Source of the DNA: Patescibacteria group bacterium
GTDB taxonomy: Bacteria; Patescibacteriota; Microgenomatia; UBA10105; UBA927
NCBI GenBank assembly: GCA_023379025.1
Contig: JAMCTH010000009.1
Span: 69,092 to 133,091, forward strand
Reading direction: 5' to 3'
DNA: 64,000 nt
The notes under the pieces: generated by a model
Database searches by the model: none
The model's input: the letters and a program-made list of their open reading frames with translations, nothing else
Told to the model about the DNA's origin: nothing
In this document: piece by piece, positions 1 through 11,362 of the stretch
How positions within the stretch are numbered: the stretch's first letter is position 1
Layout of the letters: each line of letters opens with the position of its first letter
Position numbers and translations under genes: made by a program

Positions 1-345
1 TCCGGCGCCGAATATCCTACGAAACACCCCCAATACAGACAAACCGAAAACAAAGATAAACAGACCCCCGATCCTGAGGAGATTTATCTTATGGAGGATA
101 AGGAAAGAGCCGATAAACGAACTTCCCATCCCGAGTGCGGTAAATACCACCGTAAACCCGGCGAGAAAAAGACCGGTATGGACAGCGACGGTGCGGATGT
201 ACGTTCTGCGCGTACTGTTTCTGCCGAATGCAGATACCGATGCACCGCTCAGATACCCGAGATAAATCGGCAGGAGCGGTATGACGCACGGGGAAAAGAA
301 CGAAAGAAGCCCTGCAGTAAAAGCGATGATAAACGTGATGTTCAT
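1..345 (-). CDS. ccdA: Cytochrome c biogenesis/thiol-disulfide transporter CcdA (partial, runs off window start)
   Basis: Manual translation MNITFIIAFTAGLLSFFSPCVIPLLPIYLGYLSG...GFTVVFTALG; GxxSFxSPCVxP motif of CcdA/DsbD; missing from ORF track because the stop lies outside the window. Confidence 0.88.
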   Translation of the reverse strand, partial: MNITFIIAFTAGLLSFFSPCVIPLLPIYLGYLSGASVSAFGRNSTRRTYIRTVAVHTGLFLAGFTVVFTALGMGSSFIGSFLILHKINLLRIGGLFIFVFGLSVLGVFRRIFGAG

Positions 346-480
346 GCCGCTGCTCTCCCCGATCCTGATACAGGTATTATATGTCAGCGTTTAACTCCTG
401 CCTATGACAGCCATAGTCTGACGGGGTTCCACAGATACGGAAAGGTGTTATGATAAAAGAACGAGCGATCCGTTATTCTT

Positions 481-1236
481 ATGGTTACTATTGCCCTACA
501 ACCAGACTATGTCGCACGTCTTGCCGGCATCAGAATCACCAACACGTTCCTGACAAGCCTCGTTGTCACTGCCATTCTGAGTATTTTGGCTGTCATTCTG
601 ACCCCCGTCGGGAAACGGTCTTCCTCCCGTCTTACGGAAACGGAAACAATCATTGCCGATAAACTCATGGGCTTTATAGACGGGGTCACCGGTGACCACA
701 GGCAAACCGTCCAGATTTTCCCGGTCGTCGTTACGCTGTTTGTTTTTATCGTGACGGCCAACCTCCTCGGGCTCATCCCGGGGTTTCTCGGATCCCTCTA
801 TATTACCGCCGGGAGCGCTCACCTGCCGCTTCTGCGCGCGCCGAACAGCGATCTCACCACGACGCTCGCCCTTGCCCTCTATGCCATGTGTGCCGTGGAG
901 ACCTTTTCTTTCACCCAAGCCGGCATCAGGGGATTCGTTGCCCGCCTTTTCAATATCCGGAGCCCCCTCGAATTCATTATCTCTTTTTTTGAATCGCTGT
1001 CAGAACTCACAAAAATCATCTCATTTTCGTTCCGGTTATTCGGCAATATCTTTGCCGGTGAAGTACTCCTTCTCCTTGCGGCATTTTTCCTCCCGTATAT
1101 CCTTCCCCTGCCGTTTCTTGTCATGGAGCTGTTTGTCGGCGTCATTCAGGCATTCATTTTTGCCGTTCTGACGCTCGCGTTTGCCAAAGCCGGAAGCATC
1201 AGGAGTAAACAATTAGCAAAGGAGGTGACCATATGA
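481..1236 (+). CDS. atpB: F0F1 ATP synthase subunit a
   Basis: Hydrophobic 251 aa; NLLGLIPG, SFSFRLFGNIFAGE (essential Arg) and IQAFIF motifs. Confidence 0.95.
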   Translation: MVTIALQPDYVARLAGIRITNTFLTSLVVTAILSILAVILTPVGKRSSSRLTETETIIADKLMGFIDGVTGDHRQTVQIFPVVVTLFVFIVTANLLGLIPGFLGSLYITAGSAHLPLLRAPNSDLTTTLALALYAMCAVETFSFTQAGIRGFVARLFNIRSPLEFIISFFESLSELTKIISFSFRLFGNIFAGEVLLLLAAFFLPYILPLPFLVMELFVGVIQAFIFAVLTLAFAKAGSIRSKQLAKEVTI

Positions 1237-1451
1237 ACGCTACGTATCCGTCCGCATTTGTCATGGGTATCGGGACACTGGGGCCCGCACTCGGCATCGG
1301 CATGATCGGCGCCGCTGCCCTTCTTGCCATGGCCAGAAACCCTCAGAATTCCGAGCGCATCCAGGTTGCCATGATTATCGCAATCGCATTCGCTGAAGCG
1401 ATCGCAATCTATGCCCTGGTTGTTGCATTGCTGTTGAAATTTATTCCGTAA
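1233..1451 (+). CDS. atpE: F0F1 ATP synthase subunit c
   Basis: 72-aa hairpin, ARNP loop, AEAIAIY with carboxylate; SD AAGGAGGTGA upstream. Confidence 0.95.
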   Translation: MNATYPSAFVMGIGTLGPALGIGMIGAAALLAMARNPQNSERIQVAMIIAIAFAEAIAIYALVVALLLKFIP

Positions 1452-1462
1452 TTGTTCCGCGT

Positions 1463-2329
1463 ATGCAACTTTTGGGATCTCTCGGTATTGATTTCCGCCT
1501 CCTGGCTGCTCAGGTTGTCAATTTTGTGCTGCTCATGTGGATTCTAACGAAATTACTCTATACGCCGCTCATGAGCGCCATTGACCGGGAACGCCGCAGC
1601 CGGCTGAAGACCGAAGAAGACCGGAAAAAACTCGAGAACGAAAAAAATGCATCGGAGGCGATGAAACGGTCCCTCGTTACCGACGGCCGGAAGGAAGCAG
1701 AAAAACTCGTGGCGGATGCCGGACACATGACGGAACTCATCAAGCTCCAGGCGCTCCGGGACGCACAGCAAACCGGAACCAAACTGGTGACACAAACCAA
1801 AGCGGAACTCGCCGCGCGCAAAAAGGAACTTGAAGATGCTTTTTCCGCCAATAAAGCAACGCTTCTCACCACCCGCCTCACGGATATCTTCGGCACGCTT
1901 CTGTCTGACCGGACCCTGTCGGAAGAGATGGACCGCATGTATTTTGAGCGCCTTAAAACTTCGCTCGCCCGGCTTTCCCCGACCGCCATTTGGCCGGAAA
2001 CCGGACGGGCCGGAAAAACCGGGGCAGGAGCCGGCATGCCGGGTGAAACAAAACTCCGGGCAATCCTTGCCAAAAAGCAGGCCGGAGCAGCCGCATCCAA
2101 GTCCGGCAGACAGGACCGCGACCGGCTGACCGGTATTGTAGAAAGCACCCGGCCGCTCACGACAAAGGAAAAATCCGAACTCAACCGGATGCTCAGATCT
2201 GTCGCAAAAAAACCCGTGGCGCTTCGTGAGACAAAAAATCCGGCGCTTCTTGCCGGCTTTTCCTTCGAACTTGCTGGCGTACTCCTCGAACACAATCTTA
2301 TGAGCGATATCCGGAGGGTCCATGCCTGA
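1463..2329 (+). CDS. atpF: ATP synthase subunit b fused to a delta/OSCP-like C-terminal domain
   Basis: N-terminal QVVNFVLLMWIL TM helix plus coiled coil; C-terminal VESTRPL...KNPALLAGF...EHNL resembles the delta C-terminus; no separate atpH. Confidence 0.82.
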   Translation: MQLLGSLGIDFRLLAAQVVNFVLLMWILTKLLYTPLMSAIDRERRSRLKTEEDRKKLENEKNASEAMKRSLVTDGRKEAEKLVADAGHMTELIKLQALRDAQQTGTKLVTQTKAELAARKKELEDAFSANKATLLTTRLTDIFGTLLSDRTLSEEMDRMYFERLKTSLARLSPTAIWPETGRAGKTGAGAGMPGETKLRAILAKKQAGAAASKSGRQDRDRLTGIVESTRPLTTKEKSELNRMLRSVAKKPVALRETKNPALLAGFSFELAGVLLEHNLMSDIRRVHA

Positions 2330-3779
2330 ACTCCTGAAAAAAGAAACCGGTCACATCAACGCCTTGTTTTCCGGCGTTGCCATCTGCGGGGGATTCCCCT
2401 ATGCCAGGCTTCACGAGGTGATCCTCGACAGCGACGGCCGCCCCGGGGGCATCGTCGTAGGGTTTCGCGAGGACTATACCGAAGTTCTCCTCTTTTCCGA
2501 GAGGAAAAACGTCGGAAGACCCTTCTTCAGGAGCAACACGCTCATGAGCATACCCGTGAGCGAGCGCTATATCGGACGGGTTGTGGACGGCACCGGCACA
2601 CCCGTCGATAAACACGGCGCGATCACCGGCCAGCTCCGACCCCTCTTTACCAAAGCGCCCGCGATCTTTGACAGGAAACCCGTCTCCCGTCCGTTTGTCA
2701 CCGGCATAAAGATTATTGATACCGTCCTCCCGATCGGACGGGGTCAGCGGGAACTCATTATCGGCGACCGCAAACTCGGCAAAACGACGATCGCCGTCGA
2801 CACCATCCTCAATCAGGGACGGATGCATAAAAACCCTCCGGTCTGCATCTATGTTTCCTGCGGCAAAAAGGTGAGCGAACTTGAGGAAATCATCCGGCTC
2901 TTCACGAGAGAGGGTGCCATGACGTACACCGCCGTCGTTGCGGCAACGGCAGACAGTCCGTTTGCTTCCCAGTACCTTGCCCCGTTTACCGGGACGACCA
3001 TCGGCGAATACTTTCGTGATCTCGGATCGGATGTTCTGATCGTTTATGATGACCTCACCAAACACGCAGCCAGTTACCGCGATATCTCCCTCCTCCTCTC
3101 GAGGGCCCCCGGCCGTGAGGCATACCCCGGAGACGTGTTCTCCCTGCACGCGGGACTCCTTGAACGGGCCGGGCAACTTTCGGACAAGCGGAAAGGCGGC
3201 TCCCTGACGGCGCTCCCCATCGTCGAAACGCAGGAAGGGGACCTGACGTCATTTATCTCCACCAACATCATCTCAATAACGGACGGACAGATCTATCTTG
3301 AGCGCGGCTTGTTTCAGAAACGGTTTCTGCCCGCCATAAATGTCGGCCTTTCGGTGTCCCGTATCGGCTCCAAAGGTCAGCCGGACGCGCTCCGTGAGGT
3401 AACCGGAGGCCTCCGGCTTGCCCTTGCCCAACACCGGGAGCTCCAGAAACTGACGCAGATAGAAACGGTGTTAAGCCAGGCGGCGCGCCGGACGATTGAG
3501 CGCGGAGAGCTTATTCTCGAACTCCTGAAACAGGACAAACATATCCTGGTAGACTGGCCCGTACAGGTAGTCCTCTTTTATGCGGCAGAGCAGGGGTATT
3601 TTGACGATATAGAACTCGATACATGGAGGGGATTTGAAGACCTGGTCGTCAAGGCCATAACGACCAAAAACAAGCGGATCACGGAAACCATCTCCCGCGG
3701 CACGTTTGATGACAAAACGCGGGAGGATATACGGCTTTTTATCAGCAGCATGAAAAAGGACTTTGTCAGTCCGGTCTGA
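2322..3779 (+). CDS. atpA: F1 ATP synthase subunit alpha
   Basis: GRGQRELIIGDRKLGKT, PGREAYPGDVF, ISITDGQI, GLSVSRIG. Confidence 0.96.
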   Translation: MPELLKKETGHINALFSGVAICGGFPYARLHEVILDSDGRPGGIVVGFREDYTEVLLFSERKNVGRPFFRSNTLMSIPVSERYIGRVVDGTGTPVDKHGAITGQLRPLFTKAPAIFDRKPVSRPFVTGIKIIDTVLPIGRGQRELIIGDRKLGKTTIAVDTILNQGRMHKNPPVCIYVSCGKKVSELEEIIRLFTREGAMTYTAVVAATADSPFASQYLAPFTGTTIGEYFRDLGSDVLIVYDDLTKHAASYRDISLLLSRAPGREAYPGDVFSLHAGLLERAGQLSDKRKGGSLTALPIVETQEGDLTSFISTNIISITDGQIYLERGLFQKRFLPAINVGLSVSRIGSKGQPDALREVTGGLRLALAQHRELQKLTQIETVLSQAARRTIERGELILELLKQDKHILVDWPVQVVLFYAAEQGYFDDIELDTWRGFEDLVVKAITTKNKRITETISRGTFDDKTREDIRLFISSMKKDFVSPV

Positions 3780-3785
3780 GGCAAT

Positions 3786-6275
<2,490 letters not shown>

Positions 6276-6279
<4 letters not shown>

Positions 6280-6842
6280 CGCGCGCTTCCTATCACCGGA
6301 AACATCTCTTTACCAATCTCCTTCTCATCACTCTGGGGGTAGCCGTCGCCGTCGCGCTTTCTCAAAATAGGGCATTTACAGGCTTTCTCCTCCACCTCGG
6401 CACCCTCGGCTACATCGGCGCCTTTGTGGCCGGCATCCTCTTTGTATCGACATTCACGGCGTCGGTCGGGATCCTCGTCCTTTTTCTTCTCGCGGAAACG
6501 CTTTCCCCTATAGAAATCGCGCTTCTTGCGGGGTTGGGCGCGGTGGTCGGCGATCTTCTCGTGTTCCGATATGTCCGCGACGATCTTCTCGAGGATATGC
6601 AGTATCTCTACAAAAAATTCGGTTCCCGCCACCTCCATCATCTTCTCCGTACCCGGTACTTCCGCTGGTCGCTTCCGGTCATCGGCGCCGTCATCATCGC
6701 CTCTCCCCTGCCGGATGAGCTTGGCGTGACGCTCATGGGTATTTCCAAAATGAAAACGCTCCGGTTTATCCCCGTTTCGTTTTTCCTCAATAGCCTGGGC
6801 ATCTTTACCGTCATATCCGCAGTTCACCTGATAGGGGGATAA
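6276..6842 (+). CDS. Membrane protein, DedA/VTT-like
   Basis: Several TM helices, GAVVGD and SPLPDELG motifs; overlaps the atpC stop. Confidence 0.6.
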
Positions 6843-6845
6843 GCT

Positions 6846-7181
6846 ATGCATCTCGGCTACCACCACTGGCTCCACCACAGAAAACTGTCCGGTCGGCCGA
6901 AACGGAGGCAGGTTTCCGGAAGGGTTGCCCGGCTGTTTGACGAAAGTGTCTACGTGGCTGCGTTTATCTCCGTGGCTTCCAATCTTGCCCAGCTGGGGAA
7001 AATCATCGCGGCGCATTCCACCCAGGGCGTCTCCATCATCACCTGGGTTGGGTTTCTTTTGGGAACGATCTTCTGGCTCGGCTACGGCATCGTGCACCGG
7101 GAAAAGCCGATTATCTTCGCGAACGTCTGTCTGTTTTTCGTCCAGGGGGCAATCGTTGCCTGGCTTCTCTGGTTGGGCTAG
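6846..7181 (+). CDS. SemiSWEET/PQ-loop family small transporter
   Basis: Three TM helices; AQLGKI...GVSIITW...WLGYG...PIIFAN pattern; His-rich N-terminus. Confidence 0.7.
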   Translation: MHLGYHHWLHHRKLSGRPKRRQVSGRVARLFDESVYVAAFISVASNLAQLGKIIAAHSTQGVSIITWVGFLLGTIFWLGYGIVHREKPIIFANVCLFFVQGAIVAWLLWLG

Positions 7182-7462
7182 CGGGACGTTTTCCCGAACG
7201 TTCGGCGCAGTTCGGTTTTGGCCGCTTCGAGAATGCGGCGGCGTGAGGCGGGAAGGTTTTTCCCGGCGCGGTTCACGGAACAATTGAGCATCGCCATGGC
7301 GGACTGAAAGGGCGCGGCTTTCCTGCGCGTGCTCGTATCCGCGGAATGTTTAAGGGAACGGGCAATGCGCTTGGGATCATCCCACGTAAATACCCCTTCT
7401 TCCAAATCGAGTGCAACGCTATGTTTGGTCACGTAGTCTGACCAGGAGTTCCTAGTTGGCAT
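7178..7462 (-). CDS. DUF3175 family protein
   Basis: WS..VT..S.ALDLEEGVFTWDDPKRIARSLK...NRAGKNL pattern. Confidence 0.8.
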   Translation of the reverse strand: MPTRNSWSDYVTKHSVALDLEEGVFTWDDPKRIARSLKHSADTSTRRKAAPFQSAMAMLNCSVNRAGKNLPASRRRILEAAKTELRRTFGKTSR

Positions 7463-7877
7463 AACTACCCAGAAAAATCTGAATAAACTCGGCGGGATCC
7501 AGAAGTAACATGTCTTTATATTTTTTGATTTTCAGAAGATGCTGGTCTCCCGTGATGATAAATTGGCTGTTTCCTGCCTCGCCTGCTTCTAAAACACGGT
7601 TATCTGATTCATCTCCGGCTAAATGAACTGACTTTTGCGGTTCAACAATTTGAAATTTTTTTCTAATCTCACGGTCTATATCCTTAAACGTGATTGCCAA
7701 CACCGAAAATCTTTTAGAGACAACATCTGCCAGTTCTGCCAGAAGAATAGGCGAAGTAACTGCGGTTAACTGATCGTTCAATGTTAATTCAAAAATGGTG
7801 TGCGGTTTGCCGCCAAAACCTACTGCGGAAATAAGTATATTTGTATCGAGAACAACTTTAACGCTTGGCTTTGCCAT
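7452..7877 (-). CDS. PIN-domain toxin (VapC-like)
   Basis: VVLDTNILISA, DESDNRVLE, IITGDQHLL. Confidence 0.9.
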   Translation of the reverse strand: MAKPSVKVVLDTNILISAVGFGGKPHTIFELTLNDQLTAVTSPILLAELADVVSKRFSVLAITFKDIDREIRKKFQIVEPQKSVHLAGDESDNRVLEAGEAGNSQFIITGDQHLLKIKKYKDMLLLDPAEFIQIFLGSYAN

Positions 7878-8109
7878 GCCTGTATTCGGAAACTATTCTG
7901 ACGACATCTTCTTCACTTTTTATACCCATCTTTTTCATGGCTTTCCGGCCGTAGGCAAAAATGTCCTCCCATTTAGCTTTATCTGCCAGATACACTCTCA
8001 GGGCTTCACGGATAAGCTCGCTCCTGTTGCGGTATTCCTTCTTAGCTACCAGGTCGGCCTTTTTCACCAGGTCGCGAGGAAGAGCAATATTGAGGGTTTG
8101 TGTTTGCAT
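7858..8109 (-). CDS. CopG/ribbon-helix-helix antitoxin
   Basis: TLNIALPRDL...NRSELIREALR; overlaps the toxin start; ATG at 8109 follows a -10 box. Confidence 0.88.
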   Translation of the reverse strand: MQTQTLNIALPRDLVKKADLVAKKEYRNRSELIREALRVYLADKAKWEDIFAYGRKAMKKMGIKSEEDVVRIVSEYRHGKAKR

Positions 8110-8115
8110 ATACAT

Positions 8116-8146
8116 ATATTGTATAGATATTGTATATATACGTCAA
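8116..8146 (-). promoter_or_regulatory. Sigma70 promoter TTGACG-17-TACAAT containing a tandem 10-bp repeat (candidate RHH operator)
   Basis: ATATTGTATA at 8116-8125 and 8127-8136; 17-bp spacer counted. Confidence 0.7.
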
Positions 8147-8200
8147 GTCCTTCGTTTGCTTCGGACAGCCGGTCCCCCAGTTCAACGCTTAGCTTTGATT

Positions 8201-10030
8201 TTATTTGGAGCCCTGCTGTCGTCCGGCGCGGACGCGGTCCACGCGGGAGAGGTATCTTTTCCGGAGCCGGAGATTTGACGGCGTCACTTCGAGAAGCTCA
8301 TCTTCCTCGATAAAATCGAGGCACTGCTCAAGCGTCATCACGAGCGGCGGATCAAGCTGGATCGCGATATCGGCATCAGCCGAATGGATATTCGTAAGTT
8401 TTTTCGTTTTGCAGACATTGATCTCGATATCCTCCTGCCGGTGGTTGAGTCCGATGATCATCCCTTCATATACCGGGACGCCCGGTCCGATGAATGCCCG
8501 TCCCCGCTCCTGGACCGTGGTCAGCGCATACGCCGAGGATTTTCCGGTCTCAAGCGAGACAAGTACGCCGTTACGAAGTTTGGGAATATGCTGTGCCGCC
8601 GGAAAGTAGCCGATGACGCGCGTCGCGAATATCCCATTACCGCGTGTTTTTGTAAGGATGTCTCCCCGGAACCCCAGGAGATTCCTGCTTGAAACTTTAT
8701 AAACCATTTTCGTCACACGACGTTCATTTGTATGAGTGTCGAGAAGTTCAGCCCGACGTTTCCCCAAGTCCTCGACCACAATACCGACAAACGGCTCATC
8801 GATTTCGATGGTTACCTCTTCAAATGGCTCCTCCCTCGTCCCGTTAATCTCTCTAATAATAACCTCCGGTTTACCGACCTGAAATTCGTATCCTTCACGG
8901 CGGAGTGTCTCAAAAAGCACTGCAAGATGCAGCTCTCCCCGACCGGACACCACAAAGCTCGATCCTCCTGCGTTCTCTTCAATTTTGAGGCCGATATTCG
9001 TTTGCTTCTCTTTCATGAGCCGCTGATAGATCTGCCGGGCAGTACAAAACTTCCCTTCCCGGCCTGATAGCGGAGATGTATTTGCCGAAACGACAATTTT
9101 GAGCGTTGGTTCTTCCAGGGTAATCATAGGGAACCCAACAGGGTCGACGGGATCAGCAAGTGTCTCACCAATGGCGATATCGGGAATCCCGGTAATTGCG
9201 ATGATATCGCCCGGGAGTGACTCTTCAATAGGTATTCGCCTGAGGCCTCGGCTCGTAAACAGATCCTCTACCCGTGCGCTTCCTAACCGCTCCGTTTCAA
9301 TAACTCTAACAAGTGATTGTCCTTTCTGTACACTGCCTTGACTCACTTTCCCGATTGCATAGGTTCCTTTGTACGGATCAAAATCAAGCGTCGACACGAG
9401 CATTTTAAAGGGAAGGTCCGCAGTTGCTTCCGGAGCCGGAACGTGGGTGAGAATTGCGTCAAAGAGCGGCGCCAAATCTGCGGACCCCTCAGGATCCTCC
9501 GGATAGCTGTCCCATGCTTTGCCTTCACGGCCTATGGCATAGAGGACCGGGAATGACAAATGGTCTTCGTGATGAGCCAGATGTAAGAACAATTCTTCCG
9601 TTTCCCGCAACACCTCAGCCGGCCGGGCGTCTTTTCTGTCAATTTTATTTATGACCACAATAAGTTTAAGGTTGTTTTCCAGTGCCTTTTGAAGCACAAA
9701 TTGCGTCTGGGGAAGCGGCCCCTCTGCCGCATCGATGATGAGGAGCGCGCCGTCTGCCATATTTATGACGCGCTCAACCTCCCCGGAAAAATCCGCATGT
9801 CCCGGCGTATCGATGATATTTATTTTTGTGTCTTTATAGACGACCGAGGTATTTTTCGCAAGGATTGTAATCCCCTTCTCCCGCTCGAGCGCATTGCTGT
9901 CGAGAATGGTCGTCTCGCTCATGGCAGCCTCGTTTTCCCGGAACGTATGGGTCTGTTTGAGCATCCAGTCCACAAGCGTGGTCTTGCCGTGATCCACATG
10001 GGCTATGATTGCTATATTTCTTATATCCAT
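8201..10030 (-). CDS. typA: Translational GTPase TypA/BipA
   Basis: RNIAIIAHVDHGKTT, DTPGHADF, NKID, GRGELHL, DELLEVTP; alternative start at 10045. Confidence 0.97.
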   Translation of the reverse strand: MDIRNIAIIAHVDHGKTTLVDWMLKQTHTFRENEAAMSETTILDSNALEREKGITILAKNTSVVYKDTKINIIDTPGHADFSGEVERVINMADGALLIIDAAEGPLPQTQFVLQKALENNLKLIVVINKIDRKDARPAEVLRETEELFLHLAHHEDHLSFPVLYAIGREGKAWDSYPEDPEGSADLAPLFDAILTHVPAPEATADLPFKMLVSTLDFDPYKGTYAIGKVSQGSVQKGQSLVRVIETERLGSARVEDLFTSRGLRRIPIEESLPGDIIAITGIPDIAIGETLADPVDPVGFPMITLEEPTLKIVVSANTSPLSGREGKFCTARQIYQRLMKEKQTNIGLKIEENAGGSSFVVSGRGELHLAVLFETLRREGYEFQVGKPEVIIREINGTREEPFEEVTIEIDEPFVGIVVEDLGKRRAELLDTHTNERRVTKMVYKVSSRNLLGFRGDILTKTRGNGIFATRVIGYFPAAQHIPKLRNGVLVSLETGKSSAYALTTVQERGRAFIGPGVPVYEGMIIGLNHRQEDIEINVCKTKKLTNIHSADADIAIQLDPPLVMTLEQCLDFIEEDELLEVTPSNLRLRKRYLSRVDRVRAGRQQGSK

Positions 10031-10180
10031 AGACGTACCGGCCATGGGCCGTGACCAACATAGACATGCCTCTCATTTCGTGAACGGGAACGGGCCAAAG
10101 ACGGAGGGTCCGGCGGGCCTATTGCCGCCCTCGACGAATACCGGAGTATAGCAGACAATCTCCCTGCCGGTCAAACATGT

Positions 10181-11362
10181 TTATCGCGAAACGAGGCTTA
10201 TAAGCGCCCGGGCCATTTCTCCCGTTTCTCCCGTCGGAATCACCCACACACCAACGCGTGCTGTTCCTCCGGATATCATCCCCTCGCCTTCCGTCAACGC
10301 CTGGTTTCTCCCCTCATCAAGGTCTATGCCGAGAAACGATAAACCCTTGCAAACCCGCCCGCGGATAACCGGCGCATGTTCCCCGACCGCACCGGTAAAG
10401 ATAAGCGTATCCAGCCCCTCAAGGACCGCGGCATATGCCCCAAAAGAAGCCTTCAGCGCATTGACAAAATATCCGAGAGCCTCCGTTGCCCCGTTATCAC
10501 CCGCTTTCTCAAGCGACAGAAGCGACGCAACGTCTCCGGTCCTGCCGCTTAACCCGAGAAGCCCTGACTCTTTATTGAGGTATGCCTCCAACCCGTTGGT
10601 ATTCAGGTGTTTCCGGATGCCGATCGCGAGCGCCGCCGCGGGGTCGATCGTTCCTGACCTTGTCCCCATCGGAAGCCCCTCAAGCGGGCTAAACCCCATG
10701 GACATGGCAACCGGCTTCCTCCCGGAAAGAGCAACAACGCTGACTCCGCCCCCTATATGCGCTACAATCGTACGCCCCGGATCCCGATTCATGAGTTCCC
10801 CGGCGCGCCCAACAACCGACGCCACGGATAGGCCGTGATACCCGAACCGGTAGATGTCAAAACGTTTCGCATCACCGCGCGCTATGGCATACATCCTGGC
10901 CGTAAACGGCACACCACGGTAAAAGGCGCTGTCGGAAATACCCCAAAGCGGAAGCGCGGGCAGGAAGTCCGTCAGCGCAAAAATCTCGGAAAGCAGACTG
11001 TCAACGTGGAGCGGCGCGGTCTCCCGCACAGTGCGGAGCGCCTCCATGTAGGCGCGGTCGATTGCCGCATGCGTCTGAAACGCCGTACCGGGTGCAACGA
11101 CGCGGATGCCCGAGGCAGAAAATTCTTCTCGGGCACCAAGTAGTCCTTTGTTTTTTGCCCATTCCAGAAATTCCGGCAGGGCTTTGTCGTATGCTGCGGC
11201 CGGACCGGTTTTTGTCTCCGTGACGGAGCCGCTCCTGAAAACACATTCCATGCCCGCCGGCGCAGTCCCCGCGCGCATATCGGCAACCGGGCTCATCCCC
11301 CGGAAGAGGGCGTATTTCTTGGATGTGCTTCCGGGATTTACGATGAGGAAGATTTTTTCCAT
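10181..11362 (-). CDS. ackA: Acetate kinase
   Basis: VNPGSTSKK, APLH, RFGYHGLS, SMGFSPLEGLPMGTRSGTIDP, FTGAVGE. Confidence 0.92.
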   Translation of the reverse strand: MEKIFLIVNPGSTSKKYALFRGMSPVADMRAGTAPAGMECVFRSGSVTETKTGPAAAYDKALPEFLEWAKNKGLLGAREEFSASGIRVVAPGTAFQTHAAIDRAYMEALRTVRETAPLHVDSLLSEIFALTDFLPALPLWGISDSAFYRGVPFTARMYAIARGDAKRFDIYRFGYHGLSVASVVGRAGELMNRDPGRTIVAHIGGGVSVVALSGRKPVAMSMGFSPLEGLPMGTRSGTIDPAAALAIGIRKHLNTNGLEAYLNKESGLLGLSGRTGDVASLLSLEKAGDNGATEALGYFVNALKASFGAYAAVLEGLDTLIFTGAVGEHAPVIRGRVCKGLSFLGIDLDEGRNQALTEGEGMISGGTARVGVWVIPTGETGEMARALISLVSR